A stretch of DNA of 63,491 bases, filler included, from Octopus bimaculoides (Eukaryota), in assembly GCF_001194135.2 (NCBI RefSeq). It is 5 parts of 5 records of this genome, joined end to end, with 100 filler letters (N's around TTAATTAATTAA, not from the genome) between each part and the next. Parts side by side here need not be neighbours in the genome. Positions count along the whole stretch, not along the records: positions 27,135 to 47,753 come from NC_068983.1; positions 47,854 to 59,818 come from NC_069000.1; 3 more parts are not named here. The stretch is one strand, 5' to 3'. The position numbers and the translations under genes are program-made. Below the pieces are notes generated by a model. The model saw only the letters and a list, made by a program, of their open reading frames with translations, was not told the origin of the DNA and made no database searches. Below, piece after piece: positions 39,240-51,455 of the stretch (its first letter is position 1; every line of letters starts with the position of its first letter).

Positions 39240-39700
39240 TCAATAGATATCATAGACAATCCACAAAGTCTGGTACACATTCATGGTACAATGTAATATT
39301 TTTACAAGAACTTTTGCAGATACAATGTATTACCATTTCATTTCTTGAAATTTTCAGTTAACGTAGTTTAATTCTTGTTCAACATCTTAACCAAAGTAAA
39401 TAGATGACTCATCTACGTACTTTGATCTTAACATGGGGCCCTCAACCGCAGGGGTTGCAGGTGCTTAGCGACGACCCTGCATCCAGCAGGATAAAGAACA
39501 AGACCTGTGGAACTCCTTGTGAACCAATCTGCCAAGAAAACACTATGAGAAGGTCAGAACGAAGGAACGGTATGGCATCATCCGTTGGGTGGGAGGATTC
39601 GAGCATAATCGGGAAGACTTTTGTTGTAGTATCATCAGTACGCTGCAAAAGCGTACGATACATGACGATGACGAATTTACGATGATTGAAAATAAGAAAC
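39240..39700 (-). mobile_element. Very decayed Tc1/mariner-superfamily transposase relic
   Basis: LLQRTDD..., VFSWQIGSQG and SLSTCNPCG*GPHVKIKV loosely follow FQQDGA..RWIGR.G..SPDL.P.DFFLWG.VK.KV. Confidence 0.35.
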
Positions 39701-39798
39701 CTGTAGAAATTTTCGAACACACACAACTAAAACAAGTAAAAGAGTACGTGTGTGTGTGTGTATGTATGTATGTATGTATGTACGTACGTACGTACGTA

Positions 39799-39840
<42 letters not shown>

Positions 39841-40689
39841 TATGCATGTATGTGTGCGTATGTATGTATGCATGTATGTGTGTGTATGTCATTGTTCAGT
39901 TTTATTTCAAGATTTCTTGTCAATAAAGAGCCGGTTTCTAACCTAGATCCAAGGCTCCTTCATTGGAATTTCAACATGAACAACAGGGTATTTTTGTTTG
40001 TTTGTTTGTTTGTTTGTTTGTTTGTTTGTTTGTTTGTATGTATGTATGTATGTGTGTGTGTATGTATGTATGTATCTATGTATTTTCATGTATATAGTTG
40101 CATATCTAGACATGCTCATATATATTTAAATGATAAACTTGTGGAAAGTTTTGTAAATTTTGGGATTGGATCTGTAGTCTTCGAATCAGCTTTCTCCTAT
40201 CTGGTTTGGAGAAACCTAATTTCTCGAGATTGATATTTAGGCACTATGTATGTATGTATGTATGTATGTATGTATGTATGTATGTATGTATGTATGTACG
40301 AACGTTCGTATGTATATATGACTGTCGGGTCATCACAGAGCTACTGGTACCATGTAAACTCGTACAACCCATTGTATGGACGGGCTGTCAGTGACTAAAG
40401 CAGCAACCCTACCAGGCTTGCTTTGTAAGGAGAGTGGTTTTTGGTGGGCGCTCTGCAGGACGAAAAACAAAACCTGTCAGAGGGCGGGTGAACTCAGTAG
40501 AGAGGCTAGCCATCCAACAAAGGAAATGAGAGACACTTTATCTTTGTTTAAAGTTGTTTCTTGGAGAAGGAAAACTCTGATGTAACACCTGAGGTTTCGT
40601 TTTAATTCAATGATGAAAACTAGTTCTTCATTTTAGGTAAATGAATATGTTGTTTATAGAGTAAGGTTGGCTCTGTGCCGCCATCACTT

Positions 40690-41040
40690 TACAAAGCTTC
40701 AGGCACATGCATCATTTGGTTTTTAGCATCTCTGTTATGTGTTGCATACTATGGCTGGCCGTTGCTGAAGAAAGCAAAACACTAAATGAGAAATTCCCGG
40801 TGGAATGAAGGCATGTGTCGGTATGGGTGGTATTGTCCGCTGAAGACGCCCATCGTTTCCACATTTGTGAAAAATCGTGTGGTTCCCTAGCAGGACCGAA
40901 AATCCACACCCGTGCCGCTTATGTTTAAGAGAAGAATCAAGCGATGGTGTTGCTCGAAATCGCATGTCCGCACGTACGTATGCATGTGGTTCGGTTTCAT
41001 AGAACAAGCAGAAGAAACAAAATTCAGTGCACGAGTATAT
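40690..41040 (+). mobile_element. Very decayed Tc1/mariner-superfamily transposase relic
   Basis: TLNEKFP/RW..G and FVKNRV resemble LN..FPGRWIGR..YVK.RVY; frameshifted. Confidence 0.3.
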
Positions 41041-41297
41041 ACATTTTTACTTTTTTAATTGGTAGAAAGTTACAAAAGTGACCCAGTGATTGATTAGTTT
41101 CGTGCATGATGTTATTCATGAAACACTCGGTCTTTAAGTTCCTTTTGTAGCTTTCTACTAATTGAAAAAAAAAAAAAAAGCGTGTGTTTGAGGTAAAAAT
41201 ATTCACTTAAATATTCACTTAAAAGAGAATACTGCGATATTTACCAAGAGAGAGAAGATCTCATTTTGGTTTTTCGTTGCATAAGAGTATACCATAG

Positions 41298-41527
41298 AAG
41301 GTGGCGAGCTGGCAGAATCGTTAGCACGCCGGGCAAAATGCTTACCGGTATTTCGTCTGCCGTTACGTTCTGAGTTCAAATTCCGCCGAGGTCGACTTTG
41401 CCTTTCATCCTTTCGGGGTCGATAAATTAAGTACCAGTTACGTACTGGGGTCGATCTAATCGAATTAATCCCTTTGTCTGTCCTTGTTTGTCCCTTCTAT
41501 GTTTAGCCCCCTGTGGGCAGTAAAGAA
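41298..41527 (+). mobile_element. SINE-B, full length with 17-bp TSD
   Basis: A-box TGGCAGAATCG, B-box GAGTTCAAATTCC; ATAAGAGTATACCATAG at 41281-41297 and 41528-41544. Confidence 0.93.
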
Positions 41528-41541
41528 ATAAGAGTATACCA

Positions 41542-41814
41542 TAGCTATCGCCAGCAGCAGACAATAACCGCAACCTCTGCTGCCAGGAGTACCGGATCAC
41601 GTGCTTTCAGCCTTTTTAATGAGCCTACTGGCTTTTAGCGACACCAGTGCCTGACAAGGATCTGTGCTTCTATGTATATCGCTAGCGCAGCAGTTACTGC
41701 TATTTGCAGCGGTCAGATATTTACCATTGACAAGGCCAAAAGAGGCCGAAATCATGTGATCTCGTAGCTCTGGAAGTGGAAGCGGCGGTGATTGTCTGCC
41801 GTTGGCGATAACTG
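41542..41814. mobile_element. MITE with about 30-bp TIRs (Tc1/pogo-like ends)
   Basis: TAGCTATCGCCAGCAGCAGACAATAACCGC versus the reverse complement of the right end, CAGTTATCGCCAACGGCAGACAATCACCGC (25/30). Confidence 0.65.
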
Positions 41815-41923
41815 TGATGTGCTTTTATGCACAGAAAAACTGTATCAGAGTTTATATAGATAAATATAAATATTATCAACCACCATATACTTAACGTATA
41901 TGTTGTTGATAATGTTTATTACG

Positions 41924-41961
<38 letters not shown>

Positions 41962-42148
41962 ACGCAGANNNNNNNNNNNNNNNNNNNNNNNNNNNNNNNN
42001 NNNNNNNNNNNNNNNNNNNNNNNNNNNNNNNNNNNNNNNNNNNNNNNNNNNNNNNNNNNNNNNNNNNNNNNNNNNNNNNNNNNNNNNNNNNNNNNNNNNN
42101 NNNNNNNNNNNNNNNNNNNNNNNNNNNNNNNNNNNNNNNNNNNNNNNN

Positions 42149-42226
<78 letters not shown>

Positions 42227-43029
42227 CGTAAGTTAAGAAAAGGTGCCGAGTGAAGTAAGTTTTCAACGTATATATTGACTATAGAAAATAACCTAATATT
42301 GGGGCATACAAACCCACGATGGAAAAAATGGGTGTGTACTAATACCCATTTGTTTCCGTCGTGGGTTTATATCCTCCAATATTAAACTATTTTCTATAGT
42401 CAATATATACGGTGAAAACTTAATGTGGCCGTGTGGTAAGAAGTTTGCTTCCCGACCACATGGTTCAGGGTTCCGTCCCACGACGTGGCACCTTGGGCAA
42501 ATGTCTTTTTCTACAGCCTCGGATCGACCAAAGCTTTGTGAATGGATTTGGTAGACGGAAATTGAAAGAAGCCCTTCGTGTGTGTGTATGTGTATAGTAA
42601 TCATTATAAATAATATATACGTATGTGTATATATGTGTGTATATATGCGATGTACTGAGTGCGCAATAGGTGAACCGCAATATGGCGAGTGATTACTGTG
42701 TGTGTGTGCGTGTGTGTTACATAGATAGATAGATAGATAAGTGTATATACATGTTATTAGATATGCATGCCTTTCGTTCATCATGTTACATTTTCTCAAA
42801 CTGTAGAACTTAAATTTCCCAAGACAGTTTCATGTCGAGAAGTCAAAGTGTTACAACTAGAAGTTGTTTGCCGATTTTTCGTATTCCAATTAGATTTTGG
42901 TAAAAAAAAAATTCGTCTCCTCCTAATGAAAGCCACGTGTTTACCCAAAACAACATTCTATTTTAATTCTGTTGTTAAACAGAGCTGTGCTTTCTGGTAG
43001 GTCTTCAATAACTGGGCTGCAGAGAGAAC

Positions 43030-43625
43030 GTTTATGACGATGATGGTAGTGATGGTGCTGCTACTGTTGCTGTTGGAGATGATGACAGTGATGATGATGA
43101 TGATGGTTGTTGTTGTTGTTGTGGTGGTGGTGGTGGTGGTGGTCGTCGTCGTCGTCGTCGTCGTAGCAGTAAGAGGTGGTGTAAACGATAACGGTGACGA
43201 TAACATTGATGACAATGGTGGTGATGGTGATGGTGGTGGTTACGATGATGATGATGGTGGTAGTAGTGATAGCAGTGGTGGTGGTGGTAGTGGTAGTGGT
43301 GGTTACGATGATGATGATGGTGGTAGTAGTGATAGCAGTGGTGGNNNNNNNNNNNNNNNNNNNNNNNNNNGGTGGTGGTTACGATGATGATGATGGTGGT
43401 AGTAGTGATAGCAGTGGTGGTGGTGGTGATGGTGGTGGTGGTGGTGGTGGTGGTGGTGATGTGATGGGAAGGATGTTGACAATGATGATTGTCCTGGTGA
43501 TGACGGTGGTGGCAGTGGTAGTTAATGGTACTGGTGTGAACGATGGTGATGATAACGAAGATGGTGATGACGGTCGTGTTGATGTGAAGAACCGCAACGA
43601 CGAGGACGACGGTGAAAATGATTCA
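43030..43625. repeat. Compound trinucleotide array (GAT/GTT/GGT/GTC) with a 51-bp higher-order unit
   Basis: GGTGGTTACGATGATGATGATGGTGGTAGTAGTGATAGCAGTGGT occurs three times. Confidence 0.9.
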
Positions 43626-43745
43626 TTCTTTTATTGGTCACAAGGGCTGATATAAATCAAAACATTACAGGACAACACAAGACGATATACAAAGGGGTTT
43701 GCGAAAAGAACAACACATTCGTGTAAACATTTGATAACAATACTA

Positions 43746-43931
43746 GGCGCAGGAGTGGCTGTGTGGTAAGTAGCTTGCTTACCAACCACATGGTTCCGGG
43801 TTCAGTCCAACTGCGTGGCACCTTGGGCAAGTGTCTTCTACTATAGCCTCGGCCCGACCAAAGCCTTGTGAGTGGGTTTGGTAGATGGAAACTGAAAGAA
43901 GCCCATCGTATATATATATATATATATATAT
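43746..43931 (+). mobile_element. SINE-A 5' part, young copy, ending in (TA)n at a gap
   Basis: Near-identical to the 23917 copy. Confidence 0.9.
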
Positions 43932-44620
43932 NNNNNNNNNNNNNNNNNNNNNNNNNNNNNNNNNNNNNNNNNNNNNNNNNNNNNNNNNNNNNNNNNNNNN
44001 NNNNNNNNNNNNNNNNNNNNNNNNNNNNNNNNNNNNNNNNNNNNNNNNNNNNNNNNNNNNNNNNNNNNNNNNNNNNNNNNNNNNNNNNNNNNNNNNNNNN
44101 NNNNNNNNNNNNNNNNNNNNNNNNNNNNNNNNNNNNNNNNNNNNNNNNNNNNNNNNNNNNNNNNNNNNNNNNNNNNNNNNNNNNNNNNNNNNNNNNNNNN
44201 NNNNNNNNNNNNNNNNNNNNNNNNNNNNNNNNNNNNNNNNNNNNNNNNNNNNNNNNNNNNNNNNNNNNNNNNNNNNNNNNNNNNNNNNNNNNNNNNNNNN
44301 NNNNNNNNNNNNNNNNNNNNNNNNNNNNNNNNNNNNNNNNNNNNNNNNNNNNNNNNNNNNNNNNNNNNNNNNNNNNNNNNNNNNNNNNNNNNNNNNNNNN
44401 NNNNNNNNNNNNNNNNNNNNNNNNNNNNNNNNNNNNNNNNNNNNNNNNNNNNNNNNNNNNNNNNNNNNNNNNNNNNNNNNNNNNNNNNNNNNNNNNNNNN
44501 NNNNNNNNNNNNNNNNNNNNNNNNNNNNNNNNNNNNNNNNNNNNNNNNNNNNNNNNNNNNNNNNNNNNNNNNNNNNNNNNNNNNNNNNNNNNNNNNNNNN
44601 NNNNNNNNNNNNNNNNNNNN

Positions 44621-44975
44621 TGGGGGAGGGGGGGCAGTCGATTAGATCGATCCCAGTACGCAACTGGTACTTAATTTATCGACCCCGAAAGGCAAAGTCG
44701 ACCTCGGCGGAATTTGAACTCAGAACGTAAAGACAGACGAAATACCTATTTCTTTACTGCCCACAAAGGGCTACACACAGAGGGGACAAACAAGAACGGA
44801 CAAACGGATTAAGTCGATTATATCGACCCCAGTGCGTAACTGGTACTTAATTTATCGACCCCGAAAGGATGAAAGGCAAAGTCGACCTCGGCGGAATTTG
44901 AACTCAGAACGCAGTGGCAGACGAAATACCGCTAAGCATTTGGCCCGGTGTGCTAACGTTTTTGCCAGCTCGCTG
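44621..44975 (-). mobile_element. SINE-B tail-1 copy nested in or abutting a tail-2 copy
   Basis: The tail-2 copy breaks at GAAATACC (44746), where a complete tail-1 copy starts. Confidence 0.85.
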
Positions 44976-45207
44976 CCTGGCGACGGTGGAAGTGATGATA
45001 ACCATTATGGTGATGATTTTGATGCTAACAAGACGATAACAACGATATTTTTCTTTTCTTTTTTTTTCTCTATAATGGGGCGTGGACATATGGTAAGAAG
45101 CTTGCTTACCAACCACATGGTTCCGAAGTGTTTTCTACTATGGCATCCGGCCGACCAAAGCCTTGTGTGTGGATTTAGTGGACGGAAACTGAAAGAAGCC
45201 CATCGTG

Positions 45208-45244
<37 letters not shown>

Positions 45245-47054
45245 TGAAAATTTTGAGAATTTACTAAAAAACAAAAGACGAAGACGGGCGTGTAAACAAC
45301 AATCAGATGTATTAGTTTAACGCTCGGAAAGTGAGAAAGACTTGTGCCTAGAGTAGAAAAGAATTTTACAACGGAAGTTGATAGTGGCTTCGAAGTTTTG
45401 TCTTTATCAAACAATCTGAAGAATTATATTAAGTGTACACATGTCTCTGGAATACTCAGCCATCTACTCATTAATTCAAGAGCAGGAAATTCAGTTGATC
45501 GAATAACTGAATGCTCCTCGTCGAACGATGGAAAGTGATCGATCTCTTCATTTTCAGTCTTACGTGATAACATGTCCGGCCATAGGGAAATATTACCTTG
45601 CTTGGAAACCGGTGAAGGTTGGCAACTGGGGGAGCATTTGGCCGAAGAAAATCTGCTTCAACGGATTCCGTGTGACCCATGGAAGCATAGTAAAGTGGAT
45701 GTTGATTTATATAAGATTATGTAAAGATCATATATGGTTGTATAAATGATTATATTCGCGCGCTCGCACGCGCACACACACAAACACACGCACAAGTGCA
45801 CGCAAACACACACACACACGTATAAGCACATACACACGCACACATACATGCACACACATCGTTTTAAAAAAGGATGAAATGTAATCCGATTAATGTGTTT
45901 AAAAGATGAAAGGATCATGCTCTGAATGACTGGATTGGGTCTGACCTAGGGTTAAACAACATCAACAGCAACCACCACCACCACCATCACCACTACCATC
46001 ACCAGAAGAACAGTCTTCCCGTGACACTATCTACTGATATGAATGACCAATGTTAATTAACTTTTATAATAAATGAACTCGTGATCACATGATCAGACTT
46101 TGGTAAGAATGTTTGCCGCCTGATGCAATGGCTATTATTTTTCTAAATACAATTCCTAACTTTTGAATCTCTGTCAAATATTTCCTGTCGAGAATAAATA
46201 GATACGTTATTATTTTAGAAATTTTTCTTGAACGCTTTATAACGTATATATTTCAATATTTCAATGTTTAATATTAGAAATGCTTTGAATCATTATTTAA
46301 AGGTTTGTTGATGTTTTTTGATGAGGAACAACACTGTAGGAATGTAACTCTAGTTTATATCATTGAGTCCTATGGCAAAATTTGTTTCGCTTTCGGTCGT
46401 TTTCCTTAAGTTGTACTTTCCAAGAAGCTATCAACAACATTGAGTGTAACCATAGCTGTAGGTAGTTTTATTATGACGAGATGATATCATGATACTGCAA
46501 AAACGGTATTATTTTAAAGAAAAAATTACCATCTTTGGTTTCTGAAGAAAAACAGAAAAATCATTTCTTTTGTTTCGAGTTAAAATATTAACATAAGTGC
46601 TTCCATATGCTCAGTAGAACACAGTGACACACCTGCTGGGATGCCTTTTATCAGAGATCTGCTTAGTCAGAGCTGACAGAAGATTTACGGAATAAGCATT
46701 TCTGTGCCTTGTTACATTTTTATTTGTTATTGCCATGTATTTTAAGAAACTTTTTTCACATTTACAGATTCAGCAAAAAACATTTTTTCAAAATTTCAAT
46801 TTCTATTCCAAATACTCACGATTAAAAGAAAACACAAAGAGGGCTATGTTCACTAAAATATTCAATGAATGTTTAAATACAGAGTTTGCTTATTTAACTG
46901 GATATTCGTTCGACAGATGAATTATCTGCTTCAACCAAGTCAGCCTTCATCAGTAACCATATGACTTCAGGTCTCCGAGAAAAGTTACTAATTAATATCT
47001 CATATTCAGATGAGCAAAAGAAGCCAATAAAAAGGTTAAGGCATGCACAAACGA

Positions 47055-47128
<74 letters not shown>

Positions 47129-47134
<6 letters not shown>

Positions 47135-47260
47135 GAGGTACCCAAAAGTAACCGGAAACGTCCTCTGTGGGACAAGCCCGTTGTAGTTCATGCTTCCGCC
47201 GTTAGAAGCCACTTGATGCGACCAGATAAAAAGGTCCGGGTGGTTACTGGTCCCGTTCAA
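47129..47260 (+). mobile_element. Mariner-like terminal fragment inserted at the TA ending a (TG)n tract
   Basis: TACGAGGAGGTACCCAAAAGTAACCGGAA resembles the TIR at 30421; no transposase visible. Confidence 0.5.
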
Positions 47261-47455
47261 TATATATATATTCGTATACGAATACGTCTTTGTAAACAAT
47301 GCGATCAGCGATAGAAAAAATAGATAATGGGTATACATGCATATTTCAAGAGTTATTGATCTTTCATCAGCACTACATCTAACCCATCAACTATCCACAA
47401 ACACATTGCTTAAACAGTCATTAAATTTAGCAGTGTAACACTGTTGGATAGACCA

Positions 47456-47496
<41 letters not shown>

Positions 47497-47683
47497 TGTA
47501 TACTGTTCCTCCATCCGTCGAGAGGTAAATATCAGGATTTAATTGTGCACTTCTATTTATTGGAAATCTTACGCCTGACACAGTAGCTTCCTACAACAGG
47601 GTAAAAACAAATGTTTATAAATGAGTCTTGAACAGGACTCATGCCCATCCTGCATCAGGCGATTTGGAAGAAGCTTTAAAACC

Positions 47684-47729
<46 letters not shown>

Positions 47730-47753
47730 AATTTATCTATAGATTTTCTATAG

Positions 47754-47853
47754 NNNNNNNNNNNNNNNNNNNNNNNNNNNNNNNNNNNNNNNNNNNNTTA
47801 ATTAATTAANNNNNNNNNNNNNNNNNNNNNNNNNNNNNNNNNNNNNNNNNNNN
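47754..47853. other. Artificial scaffold linker
   Basis: Same construct. Confidence 0.97.
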
Positions 47854-47939
47854 GATGCTGCTGCTGTTGGTGTTTCTGGCTCTTGTTGCTACTGATCTTA
47901 GTGTTTCTCACACATTCTAGTGTTTGCTGTTGTTAAGCG

Positions 47940-47949
47940 TCGTCATCAT

Positions 47950-47981
<32 letters not shown>

Positions 47982-48007
47982 GCAGTAACAGTAGTAGTAG
48001 TAGTAGT

Positions 48008-48084
<77 letters not shown>

Positions 48085-48110
48085 AAGCAGCAGCAGCAGC
48101 AGCAGCAGTT
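47940..48110. repeat. (CAT)(CAG)(TAG) compound trinucleotide microsatellite
   Basis: Direct inspection. Confidence 0.92.
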
Positions 48111-48199
48111 GGTTTTTTGGGGGTTGGTTTGACTGTTTGACCACGCTTTGAGGGTCTAGTTTGACTTGAGACAAGCCAAACTTTGGGGTTCTGAGTGTC

Positions 48200-48616
48200 A
48201 GATCAGTATATTTGTCCATCTGACCTCCCTCCCTTCCGTCTTCTTCACAGCTTTCCTTCAATATGACGTATTTGTATCGTGCTATTTTCTTCTATACCTG
48301 AAATCTCGGAAAACCTTCAGATATACGATGCGGCGGCGGCGGCGGCTTTGTCTGATTGTTTGTGCCAGCGAAAACAGGCTCATACAAGTTAATCCATTAG
48401 CAGTATGGAGTATTTCATAAGTTCTCGTAGCGTTTTTACCAAGTTTAAGACAAAACTTAATTGCACAGCGGGCTTCCAAACTTTCTTCTCCCGACTGCGT
48501 TCTGCTCATTAGATATCTGTGACGAGCAGTGTTTAGCAGGGTGTGTTCAAAGTGCTGTTACAGCTGTGTCATCTAATCTGGAATAACAAAAGTTGTTTGG
48601 TCAGCTTATTACACGT
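48200..48616 (-). mobile_element. Mariner transposon 5' relic
   Basis: EARCAIKFCLKLGKNATRTYEILHTANGLTCMS is the mariner N-terminal HTH; later ESCEEDGREGG resembles ES.EDD.RSGRP. Confidence 0.8.
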
Positions 48617-48885
48617 AATAGTGATGATATACTAAAACTACAATAATATAAGGCAGTTATAACTGCTTCTCCTAAACAGTCTGAAATCCAGTGTTCATAT
48701 CAAACATTCATTTGTTTTCTTTTATCAACATTCTAACTGATATGTCCGCTAATATTTACTCCATTTTTACTACACTGCTCTGAAGATAGCTGAACGTACG
48801 ATCGAAATATTAGCTAACTTTGCTCTTTCTTCTTTGGCATAAAAAAAATGTATTGAATTTTCATGCTAATCTAAAGCGCCACTGG

Positions 48886-48887
<2 letters not shown>

Positions 48888-48956
<69 letters not shown>

Positions 48957-49140
48957 GGAACGGACGGACGGACGGACGGACGAACAGACGAACGAACTGA
49001 CTGACGGACACAGGGACAACCAGACAGACAGACAGATAAACACAGTTAGACGGATAGACAAACAGATAGACAAACAAGCAAATGGATGGATGGATGGATG
49101 GATGGATGGATGGATGGATAGGTGGGTGGGAGGGTAGCTA
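48888..49140. repeat. Compound tetranucleotide array GATA-GGAC-GACA-GGAT-GGGT
   Basis: Direct inspection. Confidence 0.9.
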
Positions 49141-49266
49141 GCGAAATAAACTAACAGAGAGAATATTCAACTGTTAGGTAGTTATGCCTAGAGATGGCAA
49201 TGCAAACATATACATTGAACAATAACTCAAACAGTCTTATTTATCATTCATTATTGTTTCATTCAG

Positions 49267-49455
49267 GTCACTATACATCTGCCTACCCTGGTCATAAACT
49301 AGTAGACGACTTTCAGAGCCGGTTGGATAACTTCAGAACCACATACAGGAATTCCTATTGTCGTCCACAGGAAGATTTGAAGAATCGTCAATCTGCCCTG
49401 AACATCACGTCCTCTGGGTGGCAACCCTTTGACCAGGAGAATTACCATAAAATAT
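49267..49455 (+). CDS. Candidate internal coding exon of an unidentified gene (xGHYTSAYPGHKLVDDFQSRLDNFRTTYRNSYCRPQEDLKNRQSALNITSSGWQPFDQENYHKI)
   Basis: Pyrimidine-rich acceptor TTATTGTTTCATTCAG|G. Only the phase-1 frame is open; the other two stop within 12 codons. Donors available at 49456 (AT|GTATGA) or 49466 (CAG|GTGTAT); the frame otherwise runs to TAA at 49487. Non-repetitive, protein-like composition. Confidence 0.5.
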
Positions 49456-50104
49456 GTATGAACAGGTGTATTTGGCAGAAGCAATAAACATTTTATCTTG
49501 GTTTTTTTTTTTTTTTTGCAGTCAGCTTATTTACATACATACTTGTTTGCAGGATCCAATAGAATCGATGTATTTTAATAATAAGGACATCAAGATAGAG
49601 TCAAGGAGAGCATACCGTGTATAATCAGTATGTACCGGGACTAGCATATTTACTCGGGTATATTCAGATTTATTTTTCCAGTAATGCATACATCCTCATA
49701 TACAGACCAAATACACTCAACGTGTACCTAAAATCACACAAAAGTATACTCCAGCATGCAGAGATCCAACGCAGAGAAGGTTCCGGATGTGGAGTAGTAT
49801 AAATAATAACATAAATGAGTTGAGATTCACTACAGCTATTTCAGACGTGTTTTTTATTGAAGAATGAAACAGCTGTATTGAACCTTAGCCCATTTGTGTT
49901 GTCATCTACACACACACACGCATACACACGCACACACACATACACACATATCTTTTATCTTTTACTTGCTTCAGTCATTAGAGTGCGGCCAAACTGGGGT
50001 ACACTTGAAGAATTTTTCCTCGAATGTATCGACCTCAGTACTTATTTTGTTTAGCCTGGTACCTATTCTATCGGTATCTTTTTCCGAACCGATAAATTAC
50101 GTTG

Positions 50105-51083
50105 TCAGAGTTGGAAAGGAGCTGGAAGCTGCTGACAGCAGCTAAACGCAAAACTCTTGCATAAGGTCCTAATATAATCAGAATATATAATTTTGTTCAA
50201 AAAGTCCAACAAATAATAGATGAAAACCCAAAAGAACCAATCAGAATCATCACAAAGGATCTTAAGGTTTCAGAATGTATCATCAGAAGAGTATATGAGG
50301 AGATCCGGTACAAGTCGTATGTGATGCGGAGGAGTCAGCTTATGCCGGATATGACAAGAGAGAATGGTTCGATCCGTGCAAAGTGCTTGCTAAACAAGTT
50401 AAAACACCAAGAGGTTGGAGTACTTTAGTTTTTGTCTGATGAGAAAAGCTTCCATCAGGACCAAAAGATGAACAGAAGGAACAATAGACGGTTATGCAGA
50501 AACCCGAATTTGGTTCCAAGGGCATGCATACTAAGTGTGATGGTTCTGGGAGTCGTCAGCAACGAGGGAGTTGTCATGCCTCCTCACTTTTTCACAGAGC
50601 TTAAGAGTCAGAGGCGCTGTCTACACAGAGGTGGTGTAGAAAGTTGTGAAACCCTGGATAGACAGAGTACGCAACGGAAAACCATACGTCTTCCAACAAG
50701 ACTTTGTGCTGTCTCATAAGGCGTAGATGCGTGTCAATCTCCATGATCATGTTCTCCCAGATACATTGCTTACTAGCTCAACGGACCTCAATCCACTGGA
50801 CTATTACGTATGGGCTCTAGTCGAGAGAGAGGTCAATCAACCCCTATAACATCACAGAATCTCTCAAGTCTACTATAACCAGACCTATGTCCAAAATTGA
50901 TAAAGATCATCCGATTCGGGCATGTCAACGCTTCCGACCTCGTATTAAATTAGCTATTGATACTATCGCTGGATTCATTGAATAGGTATGATAAAAGCAT
51001 TCTCAAGATTATTTGTACTAATTGTTTTCAAACAGTTTTTCTAAATTCATACAAATGAACTCAAAACACTGACGCACACTGTA
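50105..51083 (+). mobile_element. maT/Bmmar1-like (DD37D) transposase pseudogene with right end
   Basis: IRYKSYVMRRSQLM...RAKCLLNKLKH...FLSDEKSFHQDQKMNRRNNR...VMVLGVVSNEG.VMPPHFF...VVKPWIDRVRNGKPYVFQQD...SSTDLNPLDYYVWALVERE...RACQRFRPRI...GFIE*. The D2-D3 spacing is 32 here (small deletion). Ends ...GCACACTG|TA. Confidence 0.9.
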
Positions 51084-51298
51084 CATCGCTTGACAACCGG
51101 TGATGGTTTGTTTAGGTTCTGTAACTTAGCAATTCAGCGCAAGGAATCGATAGAATAAGGACCAGACTTGAAAAATAAGTATCGGGGTCAATTTGTTTCA
51201 AGATGATACCCCATAACAGCCAAAGTTCAATAACTGGATCAAGTAAAAGATAAGAGATATTCGATATTTAAAAGATAAACGATATAATATATACGCGC

Positions 51299-51351
<53 letters not shown>

Positions 51352-51455
51352 AGACGTTTTAAAAGTTTTGATATTACACGAGGCAGACCGATCGCACGTT
51401 CTCGGAAGTGATCACATGATGGACAAATCTGACTTCATGGTTAATTTGTGTAGGG

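Noticed and set aside
43230-43420. CRISPR-like regularly spaced repeats
   Set aside because: Tandem trinucleotide higher-order units with no unique spacers, in a eukaryotic context with no cas genes.
46290-46460. Minus-strand text MVTLNV...AIGLNDIN*SY resembling MIF exon 2
   Set aside because: Needs several stops and frameshifts; consistent with chance or a TE relic.
46530-46541. 12-nt microexon-like AG|AAACCAAAGATG|GT on the minus strand (similar case on the plus strand at 42983-42996)
   Set aside because: Such AG-short-GT patterns are expected by chance in 50 kb; no supporting context.
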